Origin: Bacillota bacterium | GTDB lineage: Bacteria; Bacillota_I; Bacilli_A; ML615J-28; CAG-313 | Length of the DNA stretch: 61,260 bases | Assembly (NCBI GenBank): GCA_963648435.1 | Contig: CAVJDT010000004.1 | Coordinates: forward strand, 1-61,260 | Reading direction: 5' to 3' | In this document: piece after piece, positions 36,036 to 48,067 of the stretch | How the letters are laid out: the number at the start of each line of letters is the position of its first letter | Numbering within the stretch: the stretch's first letter is position 1 | Notes under the pieces: generated by a model | Told to the model about the DNA's origin: nothing | What the model saw: the letters and a program-made list of their open reading frames with translations, nothing else | Database searches by the model: none | Made by a program: the position numbers and the translations under genes

Positions 36036-37345
36036 TATTCTTCACGCTTTCTTAAAATAAACTGAATGGGAGTACCATCTAAGATAAAGGCTTCTCTTAT
36101 TTTATTTTCAAGATAACGTTTATAAGAAAAATGCATATAATTAGGGTCATTAACAAATAGCACAAAGGTTGGAGGAGTAGTGCTAGCCTGTGTTGCATAC
36201 ATTATTCTTAACCGGTCACCATTAAAAATGGGAGCTTGGTTCGCAATGGTGGCATCTAAAATCACATCATTAAGAATGTTTGTGGATACTCTTCTTGTAT
36301 AGTTTTCATATACTTGTTTGATTTGTTCAAATAACAAATGAACTCGTTCATTCTTTAAAGCAGAAACAAAGACTACTGGAGCATAACTTAAAAAAACAAA
36401 TTGAGCTCTTATTTTTTCAGTATACTCTTTCATGGACTTTTCATCCTTTTTAACTGCGTCCCATTTATTGACAACGATAATTACACCTTTATTTTGTTCA
36501 ATTGGAAGTCCGGCAATTCTTTTGTCTTGTTCTTCTAAAGGCTTAGTACCATCTAAAACCACTAAAACAATACTTGAGCGTTCAATTGCTTTTAGTGCCC
36601 TTAAGACACTATACTTTTCCGCATTCTCATAGATTTTACCTTGTTTTCTAATTCCTGCTGTATCTATTACCACATAGTTTTCGCCATCTTTAACAAAAGG
36701 AGTATCGATAGCATCTCTAGTTGTTCCGGGAATATCACTAACAATGACACGTTCAGTTCCTAAAATAGCGTTAGTTAAAGAACTTTTACCAACATTAGGT
36801 TGACCAATCAAACAAAATTCAACGGCGTTATCATATCGTTTAACTTTCTTTTCAGGTAAAGTAGAAACAATATAATCAAGCATATCACCAAAGCCAATTC
36901 CATGTAAGGCACTTATCGCAAATACTTGTTCAACCCCTAGATTATAAAATTCATAGATATTATCCATGAATTTTAAATCATCTATTTTATTCGCGGCGAT
37001 AACCACAGGTTTAGGAGAACGATGAAGAATATTCATAACATCTTCATCTTCCCTAGTTACACCAACTCTACCATCAACCACTAGAATAATTAAATCAGCT
37101 TCATCAATGGCAAGGGTGGCTTGAGCTCTTATTTCTTCCATAAAAGGAACATTAGATAGTTCAATTCCCCCAGTATCAATTAAGTCAAATTCTTGGTCAA
37201 GCCATTCGCATTTTGCATATAACCGGTCACGTGTAATTCCACTTACATCATCAGTAATCGCAAGTTTCGCCCCCGCAAGACGGTTAAAGACACTAGATTT
37301 ACCAACATTAGGACGGCCAACGATTGCAACCGTTCCTCGTTTCAT
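36035..37345 (-). CDS. der: Ribosome-associated GTPase Der (EngA)
   Basis: Two G domains (GRPNVGKSS and GQPNVGKSS) plus a KH-like C-terminus. Confidence 0.95.
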   Translation of the reverse strand: MKRGTVAIVGRPNVGKSSVFNRLAGAKLAITDDVSGITRDRLYAKCEWLDQEFDLIDTGGIELSNVPFMEEIRAQATLAIDEADLIILVVDGRVGVTREDEDVMNILHRSPKPVVIAANKIDDLKFMDNIYEFYNLGVEQVFAISALHGIGFGDMLDYIVSTLPEKKVKRYDNAVEFCLIGQPNVGKSSLTNAILGTERVIVSDIPGTTRDAIDTPFVKDGENYVVIDTAGIRKQGKIYENAEKYSVLRALKAIERSSIVLVVLDGTKPLEEQDKRIAGLPIEQNKGVIIVVNKWDAVKKDEKSMKEYTEKIRAQFVFLSYAPVVFVSALKNERVHLLFEQIKQVYENYTRRVSTNILNDVILDATIANQAPIFNGDRLRIMYATQASTTPPTFVLFVNDPNYMHFSYKRYLENKIREAFILDGTPIQFILRKREE

Positions 37346-39399
37346 TATTTATCTTCCTTTTTTCCAAATAAATCTAAATTTTTAAATAGATCAGCCATCG
37401 TCGAAGTTGGAGTTTCTGCTTCTTGTTCTTTATAGTATTTATCAAATTCTGCTCTTTCTTTAGCAAGTTCTAAAGCTTTAGCACTTACTAATAATTTAGC
37501 CCGACTTGGATCAACATCTAAGACAAGGGCTTCAACCTCAGTACCAATTGGATACATTTCATCAACTTTACCAATACGTTTTGTTGAAGTTACTTCACTA
37601 ATTGGCATAAATCCTGTTACATTTAGGTAGTTAACTTTCGCACCACGTTCTTCAATTGTGGCAACACTTACTTTTACAACATCACCTTTTTTAAGTTTGA
37701 TGGTACCCCAAGTGTTTTCAACAGTTGCACGGTGAGATAAACTTACACGTTTTTTCTTATCATCAATGGCTAAAACTTGAACTTTAATTGTGTCACCTTC
37801 GTTAAACTTACCATCAAGTTTGTCATTAACTAACCAAGAATATTCACTACGAGGCATTAATCCAGCATATTCTTCAGTTAATTTAATGATTAATCCGGCA
37901 TCAATAATTTTACTAATTACACCTTCAAAAACATCACCAACATGATATTTATCTTTTAATACTTCCCAAGGATGTGGTGTTAAAGCTCTTACAGAAAGAC
38001 CAATTTTATCGCCTTCCATTTTTATAATTTTAGCTTTTACGGTGTCATTTACTTTATATAAATCACTGGCAACTTTAACCATTTTATGGCTCATTTCCGA
38101 TACATGTAATAAACCAGTTAAACCATTAAATGCAACGATAGCTCCATAAGGTTTAACATCAATTACTGTACCTTCAATAATATCACCAACACTTATTTTA
38201 GATAAAGCTTCTTCTTTAGCTAATCTTTGCTTTTTCTTCATTGCAAGAATACTTGATACTGTAACTTGCATTTTATCAACATTAACATAAGTCACAATAA
38301 CATCAAGAGTTTGACCAACTAATTTTCTTAAAGCTTCTTCATTTAAATCAACATTTTTAATTGGTAAGAATGCTTTTAAATCATGATAAAGCACATCAGC
38401 ACCAATTTTTGATACTCTTGAGACTATAACTGAAATAATTTCATCCTTTTCTTTTAATTCTTCAAAAACTTTTAATTTTGCTTTTTCTGCTTCTAGTTTC
38501 GTTGATAAAATGTAAAGTGGTTCACCAGTTTTACGATCTTTAGCTATTTGCTTAACTTGGGCTTCAAACTCTTGACCTTCGTTATAATTATCTCTTAATT
38601 TTTGACCTTCAACATAGCCTGATAAGTCATTAGGATAAATAACTGCCTTTTCGCCTCCATTTAATTCAAGATAGACAGCATCTTTAGTAACATTTAAAAT
38701 GCGTCCTTTTACATTTTGTCCTTCATAAATTTTTTCATTGCTCATAATTTTAAAGCCCCTTTCACTTACTAAATTAATAATTTCATTAACAACTTCTTCA
38801 ATTGTCATATTTGAAGAATCAATTATAACAGCGTCACTCGCAACTCGGAGTGGACTAATAGCCCTTGTTGAATCTTTGGTATCGCGAACGATTATCTCTT
38901 TAATCGTTTCTTCCAAACTTTGTACAACACCTTTTTCAGCTCGTTCCATCATTCTCCGATAAGCTCTACATTCCACTGTTGCATCAAGGTATATTTTTAA
39001 ATCCGCATTAGGCAAAACTACCGTACCGATATCTCTACCATCCATTACCACATTTTTTGAGTTACTTATTTTCCGTTGATATTCAACTAAAAATTCTCTA
39101 ACTACTTTTATTTTTGAAGGAGTTGAAACTTGATTAGTAACATCAATTGACCTAATGGCTTCACTGACATCTTCATGGTCTAAGATAACCCGGCCATTTT
39201 CAATGTCTAAATAAGTATCTTTTAAAAATTCATAACTTTCTTCTTTCTCTAAGTCTACCCCAAGTCTTAAAGCTTTAAGCGTAACCGCACGGTACATTGC
39301 CCCCGTATCTATGTACTCAAAGTTTAAGCGTTTAGCTAGAATCTTCGAAATGGTAGATTTACCCGCTCCAGCAGGTCCGTCAATTGCAATTTTAAACAT
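37345..39399 (-). CDS. cmk-rpsA: Bifunctional cytidylate kinase / 30S ribosomal protein S1 fusion
   Basis: One uninterrupted ORF. N-terminal Cmk (IAIDGPAGAGKST) for about 220 aa, then four S1 OB-fold repeats. ATG 39399 has better SD spacing than ATG 39408. Confidence 0.85.
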   Translation of the reverse strand: MFKIAIDGPAGAGKSTISKILAKRLNFEYIDTGAMYRAVTLKALRLGVDLEKEESYEFLKDTYLDIENGRVILDHEDVSEAIRSIDVTNQVSTPSKIKVVREFLVEYQRKISNSKNVVMDGRDIGTVVLPNADLKIYLDATVECRAYRRMMERAEKGVVQSLEETIKEIIVRDTKDSTRAISPLRVASDAVIIDSSNMTIEEVVNEIINLVSERGFKIMSNEKIYEGQNVKGRILNVTKDAVYLELNGGEKAVIYPNDLSGYVEGQKLRDNYNEGQEFEAQVKQIAKDRKTGEPLYILSTKLEAEKAKLKVFEELKEKDEIISVIVSRVSKIGADVLYHDLKAFLPIKNVDLNEEALRKLVGQTLDVIVTYVNVDKMQVTVSSILAMKKKQRLAKEEALSKISVGDIIEGTVIDVKPYGAIVAFNGLTGLLHVSEMSHKMVKVASDLYKVNDTVKAKIIKMEGDKIGLSVRALTPHPWEVLKDKYHVGDVFEGVISKIIDAGLIIKLTEEYAGLMPRSEYSWLVNDKLDGKFNEGDTIKVQVLAIDDKKKRVSLSHRATVENTWGTIKLKKGDVVKVSVATIEERGAKVNYLNVTGFMPISEVTSTKRIGKVDEMYPIGTEVEALVLDVDPSRAKLLVSAKALELAKERAEFDKYYKEQEAETPTSTMADLFKNLDLFGKKEDK

Positions 39400-39422
39400 A
39401 TTTTTCATACCTCAACTAAAAC

Positions 39423-39451
39423 ATTATAGCATATATTAATTCTTTTTTCAA
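39423..39451 (-). promoter_or_regulatory. Sigma-A promoter of cmk/rpsA-der-gpsA
   Basis: - strand TTGAAA - 17 nt - TGcTATAAT. Confidence 0.7.
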
Positions 39452-39459
39452 CATTTATC

Positions 39460-39498
39460 AACTACAAAATATCGTGGGGGGTAATCCTCACGACATTT
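39460..39498 (-). terminator. Probable parC terminator
   Basis: - strand GTCGTGAGG-atta-CCCCCCACGAT (imperfect) followed by ATTTT. Confidence 0.4.
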
Positions 39499-41979
39499 CT
39501 ATACTTCTAAGTCCGCATCATTACGACAAATAACAAAGCTGATTGGTTTACCAGCACTTGTAGGAACAAGTTTCATACCATTATCAGCGATGGCTTTACG
39601 TAAGATTGTATAATCAATCGCGACAAACTCTTGTTCACAACTAATATAACTTGCAAGATCGGAGTTAGCATTTTTAGCGTGAATTACATCTAAAGCAATT
39701 GCTTCATGCATATTTGAACGAACTACTTTTAGATACATCTTTCCAACATGATTTTTCTTACCCTTATTAATTTCTTCAGGTCTAAAGCGTTTAACATTAC
39801 CGCGGTTAGTAAGTAGTAAAATAATATCTTTATCACGAACATACTTTGCCCCTACAACATAATCCGCAGGTCGACCTTTCATTTCAATAGCTTTAACTCC
39901 AAATGAAGCTGCTTCCATAACGCTTATTTCCGAAGCATCATAACGGTTCATAAAGCCATCTTTGGTCGCAATTACGACTTCTGCTTCATCTCCTGTCATT
40001 ATATCAGCACTTACTACTTCATCATCATCACGAAGTTTGGTTGCTTGTAATACTTTAGAGTAACGGTTAACCTTTAAACTAGAAAGAGGAATTCTCTTAA
40101 TTAAGCCATTTTTCGTTGCAATTAAAACAAACTTATTTTCACTAAATTCTTTAACCGGATATGAGAATAAAATTTGTTCACTTGGATCCATGTTAATTAA
40201 AGTACTAACATTATATCCAATATCTTTATGCTTACATTCAGGAATTTTATGAATTGGTAAAAATACATAATTACCTAAATTAGTAAATTGAAGTAAGGTA
40301 TCAGTCGTAGTTACATTGTAAATATCCGAGATGATATCACCATCTTTTAATTTGGTTGGTTCAGTGGTCGCGGCGAAAGCTTTTTTGCTTAATCGTTTTA
40401 AATAACCATCATGCGTAACGATTAAAATAACATCTTCACTAGCAATAATTTCTTCCGTTTTAACTACTACTTCATCAACTACTTCTTCAATTTGGGTTTT
40501 TCTTTCCACGTTAATAATTGATTTAGTGACATTCATTTCTTTAACAATTTCTTTAATTAAGTTTTTTTCACTGCTTAAGATCTTAGTTAATTTAACAATT
40601 TGATTTTCTAAATCACTACGTTCTTGTTTTAAGGCAAAAATATCAGTGTTAGTTAAACGATATAATTGTAACATAACAATTGCTTCGGCTTGGTTTTCTG
40701 TAAAACCATATTTGGAAATAATGTTTTCTTTGGCATCAGTTTTATTCTTGGAATTGCGAATAGTGGCAATAACTGAATCAAGAATTGAAACCATTGAAAT
40801 TAAGCCATCAACAATTTCCAAACGTTTCTGGGCTCTAAGTAAATCAAAGTTACTACGATTAGTCATTACTTCTTTTTGATGAGTTATGTAAGAATCAAGA
40901 ATATCCAATAATCCCATTTGCATTGGTTTACCATAACTAATTACAACCATATTAAAGTTATAAGAAATTTGTAATTTCGTATATTTAAATAAGACTTGTA
41001 AAATAGTTTCCGGATTAACATCTTTACGAACATCAATGACGATACGTAAGCCTTGACGGTCTGTTTCATCACGAATGGTCTTAACGCCATCAACATTTTT
41101 ATTTTCAATCACATCGCTCATTTCTTTTAATAATTGAGCTTTATTAACTTCATAAGGAATTTCCGAAATTATGATTCGAGAATCACCCTTAAATGGAACA
41201 ATTTCGGTTTTAGCCTTAATGATAACTTTACCACGGCCGGTTTTATAAGCATTTTTTAAGCCTTCTAATCCTTGGACAATGCCCCCAGTGGGAAAGTCAG
41301 GACCTTTGACAATGTTTAAAACTTCATCAAGGGTACAATTAGGATTAGTCATCCGTAAAATACAAGCATCAAGAATTTCACCAGGATTATGAGGTGGAAT
41401 CTCGGTTGCATAACCTGCAGAAATACCATTAGCCCCATTAATAATGATATTAGGAAACTTAGCAGGAAGAACAACTGGTTCAAGCTCTTCATCATCAAAG
41501 TTAGGCATAAAGCCAATTGTTCTTTTATTTATATCTTCTAATAATAATTCCGCATATTTACTCAGTCTAGCTTCCGTATAACGCATTGCGGCGGCAGGGT
41601 CACCATCAATACTACCATTATTTCCGTGCATATCAATTAGAGGTAATAAAATTTTAAAGTCTTGGGACATTCTAACCATCGCATCATAAACGGCCGTATC
41701 CCCATGAGGATGGTACTTACCAATTACATCACCGACAATACGAGCACTTTTCTTATGAGGCTTATTACTAGAAAGCCCTAATTTATACATTGCATATAGA
41801 ATACGTCTTTGAACCGGTTTTAAACCATCTCTAACATCAGGTAAAGCCCGGTCTTGAATAATGTACTTTGAATAACGACCAAAACGGTCTCCCATAATGT
41901 CTTCAAAACTTTGTTTTAATAAAGTTTCAGTTGCAAATCTATTTATTTTACTTGTTATATTACTTCTTCCACTATTCAT
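39499..41979 (-). CDS. parC: DNA topoisomerase IV subunit A
   Basis: [12 protein letters not shown], active-site [10 protein letters not shown]. parE-parC divergent from plsY as in Firmicutes. Confidence 0.88.
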   Translation of the reverse strand: MNSGRSNITSKINRFATETLLKQSFEDIMGDRFGRYSKYIIQDRALPDVRDGLKPVQRRILYAMYKLGLSSNKPHKKSARIVGDVIGKYHPHGDTAVYDAMVRMSQDFKILLPLIDMHGNNGSIDGDPAAAMRYTEARLSKYAELLLEDINKRTIGFMPNFDDEELEPVVLPAKFPNIIINGANGISAGYATEIPPHNPGEILDACILRMTNPNCTLDEVLNIVKGPDFPTGGIVQGLEGLKNAYKTGRGKVIIKAKTEIVPFKGDSRIIISEIPYEVNKAQLLKEMSDVIENKNVDGVKTIRDETDRQGLRIVIDVRKDVNPETILQVLFKYTKLQISYNFNMVVISYGKPMQMGLLDILDSYITHQKEVMTNRSNFDLLRAQKRLEIVDGLISMVSILDSVIATIRNSKNKTDAKENIISKYGFTENQAEAIVMLQLYRLTNTDIFALKQERSDLENQIVKLTKILSSEKNLIKEIVKEMNVTKSIINVERKTQIEEVVDEVVVKTEEIIASEDVILIVTHDGYLKRLSKKAFAATTEPTKLKDGDIISDIYNVTTTDTLLQFTNLGNYVFLPIHKIPECKHKDIGYNVSTLINMDPSEQILFSYPVKEFSENKFVLIATKNGLIKRIPLSSLKVNRYSKVLQATKLRDDDEVVSADIMTGDEAEVVIATKDGFMNRYDASEISVMEAASFGVKAIEMKGRPADYVVGAKYVRDKDIILLLTNRGNVKRFRPEEINKGKKNHVGKMYLKVVRSNMHEAIALDVIHAKNANSDLASYISCEQEFVAIDYTILRKAIADNGMKLVPTSAGKPISFVICRNDADLEV

Positions 41980-43924
41980 CGGTATCTATTTCCTCCAGTG
42001 CAAAACCATCATCTTCATAATCAAAGACAACATTATTTTCAATCCATTCACGACGGGGTTCAACATCATCGCCCATAAGGACATTCATTTTTGCTTCCGC
42101 ATCATCCTCATCACCCATTTCCACTTGAATTAAGGTTCGTTTAGCCGGGTCCATGGTAGTTTCCCATAGTTGTTCGGCGTTCATTTCTCCTAGACCTTTA
42201 TAACGTTGAATTTGAACATTTTTTAAATTTCCTATTTTTTCTCGAAGTTCTTCATCAGTCCAAGCATATTGAATACCATTTTTACTTGATATCTTATATA
42301 GAGGTGGGGTCGCAATATAAATGTAACCATTTTCTAGAAGGGGTCGCATATAACGGAAAAAGAAAGTAAGTAATAACGTTTGAATGTGAGCACCATCAGT
42401 GTCGGCATCAGTCATAATAATAACCCGGCGATAATTTGATTTAGAAATATCAAAATCCTTACCAAAACCAGCTCCTACAGCGTTTATTATGGAAACAATT
42501 TCTTCATTTTTCATTACTTCTTCAAGTCTAGTTTTCGCTGTATTCAAAACTTTACCACGAAGCGGTAAAATAGCTTGGAAACTTCGATCTCTTCCACTTT
42601 TGGCAGAACCACCTGCTGAATCACCTTCAACTAGGAATAATTCATTAATTCTTGGGTCTTTCTCTTGAGCTGGGGTTAATTTACCAATTAAATTTGCAGG
42701 TTTTGAAATCTTTTTAGAGATTTGACGGTAATCATCAATGGCTTTACGAGCTGCTTCTTGAGCTTTTACTGCTTTTATTGCATTATTAACAAGTGTATTT
42801 GAAATTTGACCATTTTCAGCCATAAATGATTTAAATTGTTCATACACAACTTGTTCTACTGCGTTTTTAGCTTCTGCCGTACCAAGTTTATTTTTAGTTT
42901 GACCTTCAAATTGTAATAAATCCTCAGGAACTCTAATTGAAATAATCGCTGTTAAACCTTGTCTAACTAAAGGTCCTTCAATATTTGGATCTTTATCTTT
43001 TAAAGATCCAATTATCCGAGCATGTTCATTAAATGCTCTTGTTAATGCGGTCTTAAAACCAATTTCATGAGTTCCTCCATCTTTAGTCCGAATGTTATTA
43101 ACAAAAGATAAAATATTTTCACCATAAAATTCACTACAATATTGAATTGCAACTTCTACCATTATTCTAGAAACAGTACCGGTAAAAAAGACCGGTTCAT
43201 GAATTGGTTTTTTACCTTCAATTAGGGCTTTAATGAATTCCACAATTCCATTTTCATAATGGAAAACATCAGATTTACCCGAACGTAAATCATTTAATTC
43301 AATTTTTAAGCCTTTAATTAAAAAAGCTGATTCCTTTAAACGAAAAGCAATGGTTTTATAATCAAAAATCGTTGATGTGAAAATCTTAGGATCAGGTTTA
43401 AAATGAATTGTTGAACCAGTTCTCCTCGTTTCACCAAGGTTTTTAGGCTTTTCAATAATTTTACCACCATTACGGTAAGTTTGATTATAAATTTTGCCAT
43501 CACGGTAAATTGTAACTGTTAGCCATTCACTTAATGCATTAACAACACTTGAACCAACGCCATGCAAACCACCTGATACTTTATAACCACCATTAGGGTC
43601 AAACTTACCACCAGAATGAAGGGTATTAAATATAACTTGGGGAGTTGGTATTTTTTCCGTTTTATGAATACCTGTAGGAATACCACGACCATTATCAATT
43701 ACTTCAATACTATTATCAGGATGAATATTAACAATAATCTTATTACCATATCCAGATAATGCTTCGTCAATCGCATTATCTACTATTTCCCATACTAAAT
43801 GATGGAGTCCCCTAGCATCAGTTGACCCAATATACATACCAGGTCTTTTACGTACAGCCTCAAGTCCTTGTAAGACCTGAATCGAACTTTCATCATATAC
43901 AGGAGCGCTCTTTGTACTTGCCAT
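41972..43924 (-). CDS. parE: DNA topoisomerase IV subunit B
   Basis: GHKL ATPase plus Toprim ([10 protein letters not shown]), 650 aa. 8-nt overlap with parC. Confidence 0.9.
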   Translation of the reverse strand: MASTKSAPVYDESSIQVLQGLEAVRKRPGMYIGSTDARGLHHLVWEIVDNAIDEALSGYGNKIIVNIHPDNSIEVIDNGRGIPTGIHKTEKIPTPQVIFNTLHSGGKFDPNGGYKVSGGLHGVGSSVVNALSEWLTVTIYRDGKIYNQTYRNGGKIIEKPKNLGETRRTGSTIHFKPDPKIFTSTIFDYKTIAFRLKESAFLIKGLKIELNDLRSGKSDVFHYENGIVEFIKALIEGKKPIHEPVFFTGTVSRIMVEVAIQYCSEFYGENILSFVNNIRTKDGGTHEIGFKTALTRAFNEHARIIGSLKDKDPNIEGPLVRQGLTAIISIRVPEDLLQFEGQTKNKLGTAEAKNAVEQVVYEQFKSFMAENGQISNTLVNNAIKAVKAQEAARKAIDDYRQISKKISKPANLIGKLTPAQEKDPRINELFLVEGDSAGGSAKSGRDRSFQAILPLRGKVLNTAKTRLEEVMKNEEIVSIINAVGAGFGKDFDISKSNYRRVIIMTDADTDGAHIQTLLLTFFFRYMRPLLENGYIYIATPPLYKISSKNGIQYAWTDEELREKIGNLKNVQIQRYKGLGEMNAEQLWETTMDPAKRTLIQVEMGDEDDAEAKMNVLMGDDVEPRREWIENNVVFDYEDDGFALEEIDTDE

Positions 43925-43953
43925 ATTATCACCCTTTCTTCTATCTACTTCTT

Positions 43954-43982
43954 ATTATACCATAGCAAGACTAATTATGCAA
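43954..43982 (-). promoter_or_regulatory. Sigma-A promoter of parE-parC
   Basis: - strand TTGCAT - 17 nt - TGgTATAAT. Confidence 0.7.
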
Positions 43983-44115
43983 GTAAAATGTTTCAAAAAA
44001 TGTAGATTTTACTTATTCTTTTTTAATATTACAAGTTACGACAAATTATTTATTTTGAAAGTTTAAAGTAAAAAACAAGTATTTTTTCTTTAAAAAAAGT
44101 ATAATATTAGGCGAG

Positions 44116-44769
44116 GTGATTATTGTGGGAATAATAGTTCCAATCTTCCTATTAATAGTATCATATTTACTTGGTTCCATTCCTTGGGCCTTAATTGTCA
44201 GTAAACTATTTAAAGGAATAGATATTAGAGATTATGGTAGTAGAAATATGGGGGCAACTAATGTCCTACGGGTTTTAGGATTTAAATATGGATTACTGGT
44301 TTTCATTTTAGATGCTTTAAAAGCCGGAATTGTCATCTTATTATTTAGAGTAGGGCTTTTAGACTACACCCTTGACTGGATGGTGCTTAAAATTCATCCA
44401 TTAATCTATGGAGTTGTCGCTTTAATTGGTCATCTATTTCCGATATTTGCAAACTTTAGAGGGGGAAAAGGAGTTTCATGTTGTGCTGGAATTGTTGCGG
44501 CATACAGTCCTATTGTATTTATAATTGCATTTTTAGTGTTTGTGGTTGTATTTATATGGAAACGCTATATCTCACTTAGTTCATTATCGGCGATTACAGC
44601 TGCTTTTTTAACTTCTTTTATTCCAATATTTGGAAAACATGATTTAGTATTTACAATAGTCCTAGGTATTGGCGTTTTAGCTTTATACCTAAGTCACATT
44701 CCTAATATTAAAAGATTAATAAACCATACGGAAAAGAAAACTAATCTTTTTGAAAAAAAAGATATTTAA
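44116..44769 (+). CDS. plsY: Glycerol-3-phosphate acyltransferase PlsY
   Basis: GSIPWALIVSK, GSRNMGATNV motifs. Start GTG 44116 or GTG 44125 (GAGGTGA RBS favours the latter). Confidence 0.9.
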   Translation: MIIVGIIVPIFLLIVSYLLGSIPWALIVSKLFKGIDIRDYGSRNMGATNVLRVLGFKYGLLVFILDALKAGIVILLFRVGLLDYTLDWMVLKIHPLIYGVVALIGHLFPIFANFRGGKGVSCCAGIVAAYSPIVFIIAFLVFVVVFIWKRYISLSSLSAITAAFLTSFIPIFGKHDLVFTIVLGIGVLALYLSHIPNIKRLINHTEKKTNLFEKKDI

Positions 44770-44799
44770 AAAGACTTGCCTTGGCAAGTCTTATTTTTT
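44767..44799. terminator. Bidirectional terminator between plsY and yneF
   Basis: AAGACTTGC-cttg-GCAAGTCTT flanked by A and T runs. Confidence 0.8.
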
Positions 44800-45015
44800 A
44801 TCCTTATATTGATCCATGCGATTCATAACACGGTTAATATCTTTTTCTGATGGTTTACGACCCATTTCCATAAACATAGCACGAATCATATCACGGTTAA
44901 TTGGGGGATTATCTTGTAATTGCTTATTAAACACATGTCTAATAACAAAGAAACCAATAACAAAACCCACAATTAGGCAAACAACACCAATTATTAAGAC
45001 AAAATACCAAGCCAT
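44791..45015 (-). CDS. yneF: UPF0154 membrane protein YneF
   Basis: MAWYFVLIIG...NPPINRDMIRAMFMEMGRKPSEKDINRVM. ATG 45015 behind AAGGAGG. Near plsY/parEC as in B. subtilis. Confidence 0.85.
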   Translation of the reverse strand: MAWYFVLIIGVVCLIVGFVIGFFVIRHVFNKQLQDNPPINRDMIRAMFMEMGRKPSEKDINRVMNRMDQYKDKK

Positions 45016-45043
45016 ATGAACTTCCTCCTTTAAAACTAGAGTT

Positions 45044-45072
45044 ATTATAGCAAAATTTAAATTTTTAAGCAA
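45044..45072 (-). promoter_or_regulatory. Sigma-A promoter of yneF
   Basis: - strand TTGCTT - 17 nt - TGcTATAAT. Confidence 0.65.
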
Positions 45073-45100
45073 GTTAAATGAAAGAATAATTGTTTTATTG

Positions 45101-45129
45101 TTGCAAAAAAAGATGGATTATACTATAAT
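45101..45129 (+). promoter_or_regulatory. Sigma-A promoter of ferredoxin gene
   Basis: TTGCAA - 17 nt - TATAAT. Confidence 0.65.
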
Positions 45130-45164
45130 TGTTGTTGATATTTATATACATGGAGGAATTAAAT

Positions 45165-45332
45165 ATGCCAAGATTAATTACTGATACTTGTATCGCATGT
45201 GGCACATGCGCTGGTGAATGTCCTGTTCAATGTATTTCTGAAGGCGATATCTACAAAATTGATGCTAGCCAATGCATCGACTGTGGTGCTTGTCAAGAAG
45301 TATGTCCAATGGGCGCAATCGTTGAAGAATAG
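45165..45332 (+). CDS. fer: 2x[4Fe-4S] ferredoxin
   Basis: 55 aa with CIACGTCAGECP and CIDCGACQEVCP. ATG 45165 behind GGAGG. Confidence 0.85.
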   Translation: MPRLITDTCIACGTCAGECPVQCISEGDIYKIDASQCIDCGACQEVCPMGAIVEE

Positions 45333-45336
45333 TTAA

Positions 45337-45376
45337 GAAAAAAAGGTAGTTAGAGCTAATTTCTAACTACTTTTTT
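45337..45376. terminator. Bidirectional terminator between ferredoxin and Nif3 genes
   Basis: GTAGTTAGA-gctaatt-TCTAACTAC flanked by A7 and T6. Confidence 0.8.
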
Positions 45377-46153
45377 CTAACGAAATGGATCAAGATCTTT
45401 TTTAGAATAAACAAACGTAACATCAGGAAATTTTTCCATAAGCATTTTTCTTACCTTTTCCCTAAATAAACGTTCTACACTATGACTTACCTCAATTAAG
45501 GCAATACCTAAATCAAGGGCATCTAAGGCTTGATTATGTCTTATTTCACCGGTAATAAAAGCATCACAACCATGACTTGCCGCATTATATAAATCATAAC
45601 TACCACCACCACCGATAATACCAACTTTTTTAATAATTTGGTTGTCATCACCGACAATTCTAATATTATTTTCACCAAATTTATTTTGAACAAGCTTGGC
45701 TAGTTCTTTTAAAGACATAGGGGTAATTGTTCCATATCTTAAAAATGCATTATTATCAATTTCCTTTTGACAACTTTTAACATTTTCAAGACCTAAGATT
45801 TCTGCTAAAATTTCATTCATTCCATCAATTGCCACATCAAAATTAGTATGCATGGAAAAAACATTTAATTCGTTTTTAATAACTAGACAAATTCGTTTGG
45901 TTAAAGGATTGTCATAATTTAAATTTAAAAGGCTATTAAACATAAAAGGATGATGGGTAATTAATAAATCAACCCCTTGAGTAATAGCATCTTCCACAAC
46001 TTTAGTCGAACCATCTAAAGCAATCATTGCTTTTTTTACTTCTTGGTTCATCCTTCCAAATTGTAATCCAACTTTACCAGCATCAAAACTTGAAGCAAGG
46101 TTTAAGGGATATTTTTCTAGTAAATAGTTAACTATATCAGATACTTTTGTCAT
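45377..46153 (-). CDS. Nif3-family dinuclear metal-centre protein (YqfO)
   Basis: LITHHP motif, 258 aa. trmK-nif3 pair downstream of sigA as in Bacillus. Confidence 0.85.
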   Translation of the reverse strand: MTKVSDIVNYLLEKYPLNLASSFDAGKVGLQFGRMNQEVKKAMIALDGSTKVVEDAITQGVDLLITHHPFMFNSLLNLNYDNPLTKRICLVIKNELNVFSMHTNFDVAIDGMNEILAEILGLENVKSCQKEIDNNAFLRYGTITPMSLKELAKLVQNKFGENNIRIVGDDNQIIKKVGIIGGGGSYDLYNAASHGCDAFITGEIRHNQALDALDLGIALIEVSHSVERLFREKVRKMLMEKFPDVTFVYSKKDLDPFR

Positions 46154-46802
46154 CTAATACCTCCTCAATCATTATTTTTTCATCATTTAAAGTTAAAAGA
46201 TTAGGACATGTTTTTAAAATTTCCTTAATTTCTGTTAGCTTTTTATTCCATTTATTCTTAAAATCAATACTTTGGTTACTCATTAGTTTTGGTCCAAAAA
46301 AGCATGATTTTTTGGATAACTCTTTAGAATTTTCATTATATTTAGCCTTAATAATTTCATAATATTTAGAATGCTCATAAACAAGAGCTTCATCAATAAT
46401 TTCAAAATGATTGTTTGATAAAAACTGTCTTAATTCAAACGTTCTTGAATTAGCTTCTAAAAGTAATTTATCAAGTTTTTTGGCTTTTTCAAGGTCATTT
46501 TCCAAAATTTTAGATATTAGTTCTCCCCCCATCCCCGCAATTACAACGGTATTAATGGATGGATCAAGTTTGGTTAAACCATCACTTAGTGATAAAATTG
46601 CAACATTTTCTGCAATATACTTACTTAAATTAGAGAAGGCCCTTTCATAAGGACCTTTTTTATTTTCAATACCTTGGACAAACTTAACATGTTTATCAAG
46701 CAAACAAGATTCTAAAAGATAACCATGGTCAGTACCAATATCGGCCACTTTATCGGTTTCTTCAATAAAATCTAAGATTTTTGCTAAACGTTTAGATAAC
46801 AT
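46137..46802 (-). CDS. trmK: tRNA (adenine22-N1)-methyltransferase TrmK
   Basis: LSKRL..IADIGTDHGYL SAM-binding N-terminus. TAATG junction with sigA. Confidence 0.8.
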   Translation of the reverse strand: MLSKRLAKILDFIEETDKVADIGTDHGYLLESCLLDKHVKFVQGIENKKGPYERAFSNLSKYIAENVAILSLSDGLTKLDPSINTVVIAGMGGELISKILENDLEKAKKLDKLLLEANSRTFELRQFLSNNHFEIIDEALVYEHSKYYEIIKAKYNENSKELSKKSCFFGPKLMSNQSIDFKNKWNKKLTEIKEILKTCPNLLTLNDEKIMIEEVLDDKSI

Positions 46803-48067
46803 TATTTAGCACGATGACGCTCTAAGCGTTTTAAACGTGAAGGATGACGAAGTCTTCTAATCGCTTTAGCTTCAATTTGACGAATTCTTTCTCTAGTTAC
46901 CCCAAATTCACGTCCAACTTCTTCAAGGGTTCTAGGATGGTTGTCATCAAGACCATAACGAAGTCTAATTACTTTTTCTTCACGGGGTGTTAAAGTTTGT
47001 AAAACCGCATCAATTTCTTCACGGTATATTTGGTACTGAGTATATTCAAGAGGATTTTGTCCTTCGGTATCAGCGATAAAATCACCAAGGCTTGAGTCAT
47101 CTTCTTCACCAACAGTTGAATCAAATGAAATTGGTTCTTGAGCAATTCGTTGGATTTGTTGAACCTTTTCGACAGAAATCTTCATTTCTGCCGCGATTTC
47201 TTCAGGTGTTGGTTCACGACGTTTTTCTTGGGTTAATCTTCTTGTAGTACGACCTAATTTATTGATTGTTTCAACCATATGAACAGGAATTCTAATAGTC
47301 CTACCTTGGTCCGCAATCGCTCTTGTGATGGATTGTCTAATCCACCAAGTTGCATAAGTTGAGAATTTAAATCCCTTAGTCGGGTCAAACTTATAAACAG
47401 CTTTAATTAATCCCATGTTTCCTTCTTGAATTAAATCAAGAAAAGGAAGGCCACGGCCAAAATATTTTTTCGCAATTGAAACAACTAAACGTAAGTTTGA
47501 TTCAATCAAAATATCACGAGCTTCATCCCCCATACGAATTTTCTCATTTAATTCTTCAAGCTCTTCTGGAGATATTTCTTTACCTTGTTTACGATAAGCT
47601 TCAATCTTTTCTTTACACATAATACCTTCTTGTACGGTTCTTGCATATTCTGATTCTTGGGTTATCGTAAGTAATTCAATTTGACCAATGTCTCGTAAAT
47701 ACATTTTAACCGGGTCATCGGCTTGATGGGAAGTTGAAACAAAGTCTTCAAAATCTGAAACTTGGATTTCACTTTCGACAGCCGCTGTTAATTCTTCAAG
47801 TTCTTCATCGTTTTCAACATCATCAATGAAAGCCTCAAAATCATCATCAGTTTCTTCCGTAAGTAAAGCTTCATCATCAGGCATTTCTTCACTATCTCTA
47901 GTTACTTCAATATCACAGCTTTCAAGATATTCAACCACATCATCCATTAATTCTTCGGTTGGATTATCAAGAATTTCATTAATTTTGGAAAGTGGAATAT
48001 ATTGTTTCTTTTTAGCATATTCCTTCATTGCATCTAACTGATCTTTGTATAATAATTCGTCTAACAT
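46802..48067 (-). CDS. sigA: Primary RNA polymerase sigma factor SigA/RpoD
   Basis: Acidic region 1, region 2 ([26 protein letters not shown]), region 4 ([20 protein letters not shown]). Confidence 0.95.
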   Translation of the reverse strand: MLDELLYKDQLDAMKEYAKKKQYIPLSKINEILDNPTEELMDDVVEYLESCDIEVTRDSEEMPDDEALLTEETDDDFEAFIDDVENDEELEELTAAVESEIQVSDFEDFVSTSHQADDPVKMYLRDIGQIELLTITQESEYARTVQEGIMCKEKIEAYRKQGKEISPEELEELNEKIRMGDEARDILIESNLRLVVSIAKKYFGRGLPFLDLIQEGNMGLIKAVYKFDPTKGFKFSTYATWWIRQSITRAIADQGRTIRIPVHMVETINKLGRTTRRLTQEKRREPTPEEIAAEMKISVEKVQQIQRIAQEPISFDSTVGEEDDSSLGDFIADTEGQNPLEYTQYQIYREEIDAVLQTLTPREEKVIRLRYGLDDNHPRTLEEVGREFGVTRERIRQIEAKAIRRLRHPSRLKRLERHRAK

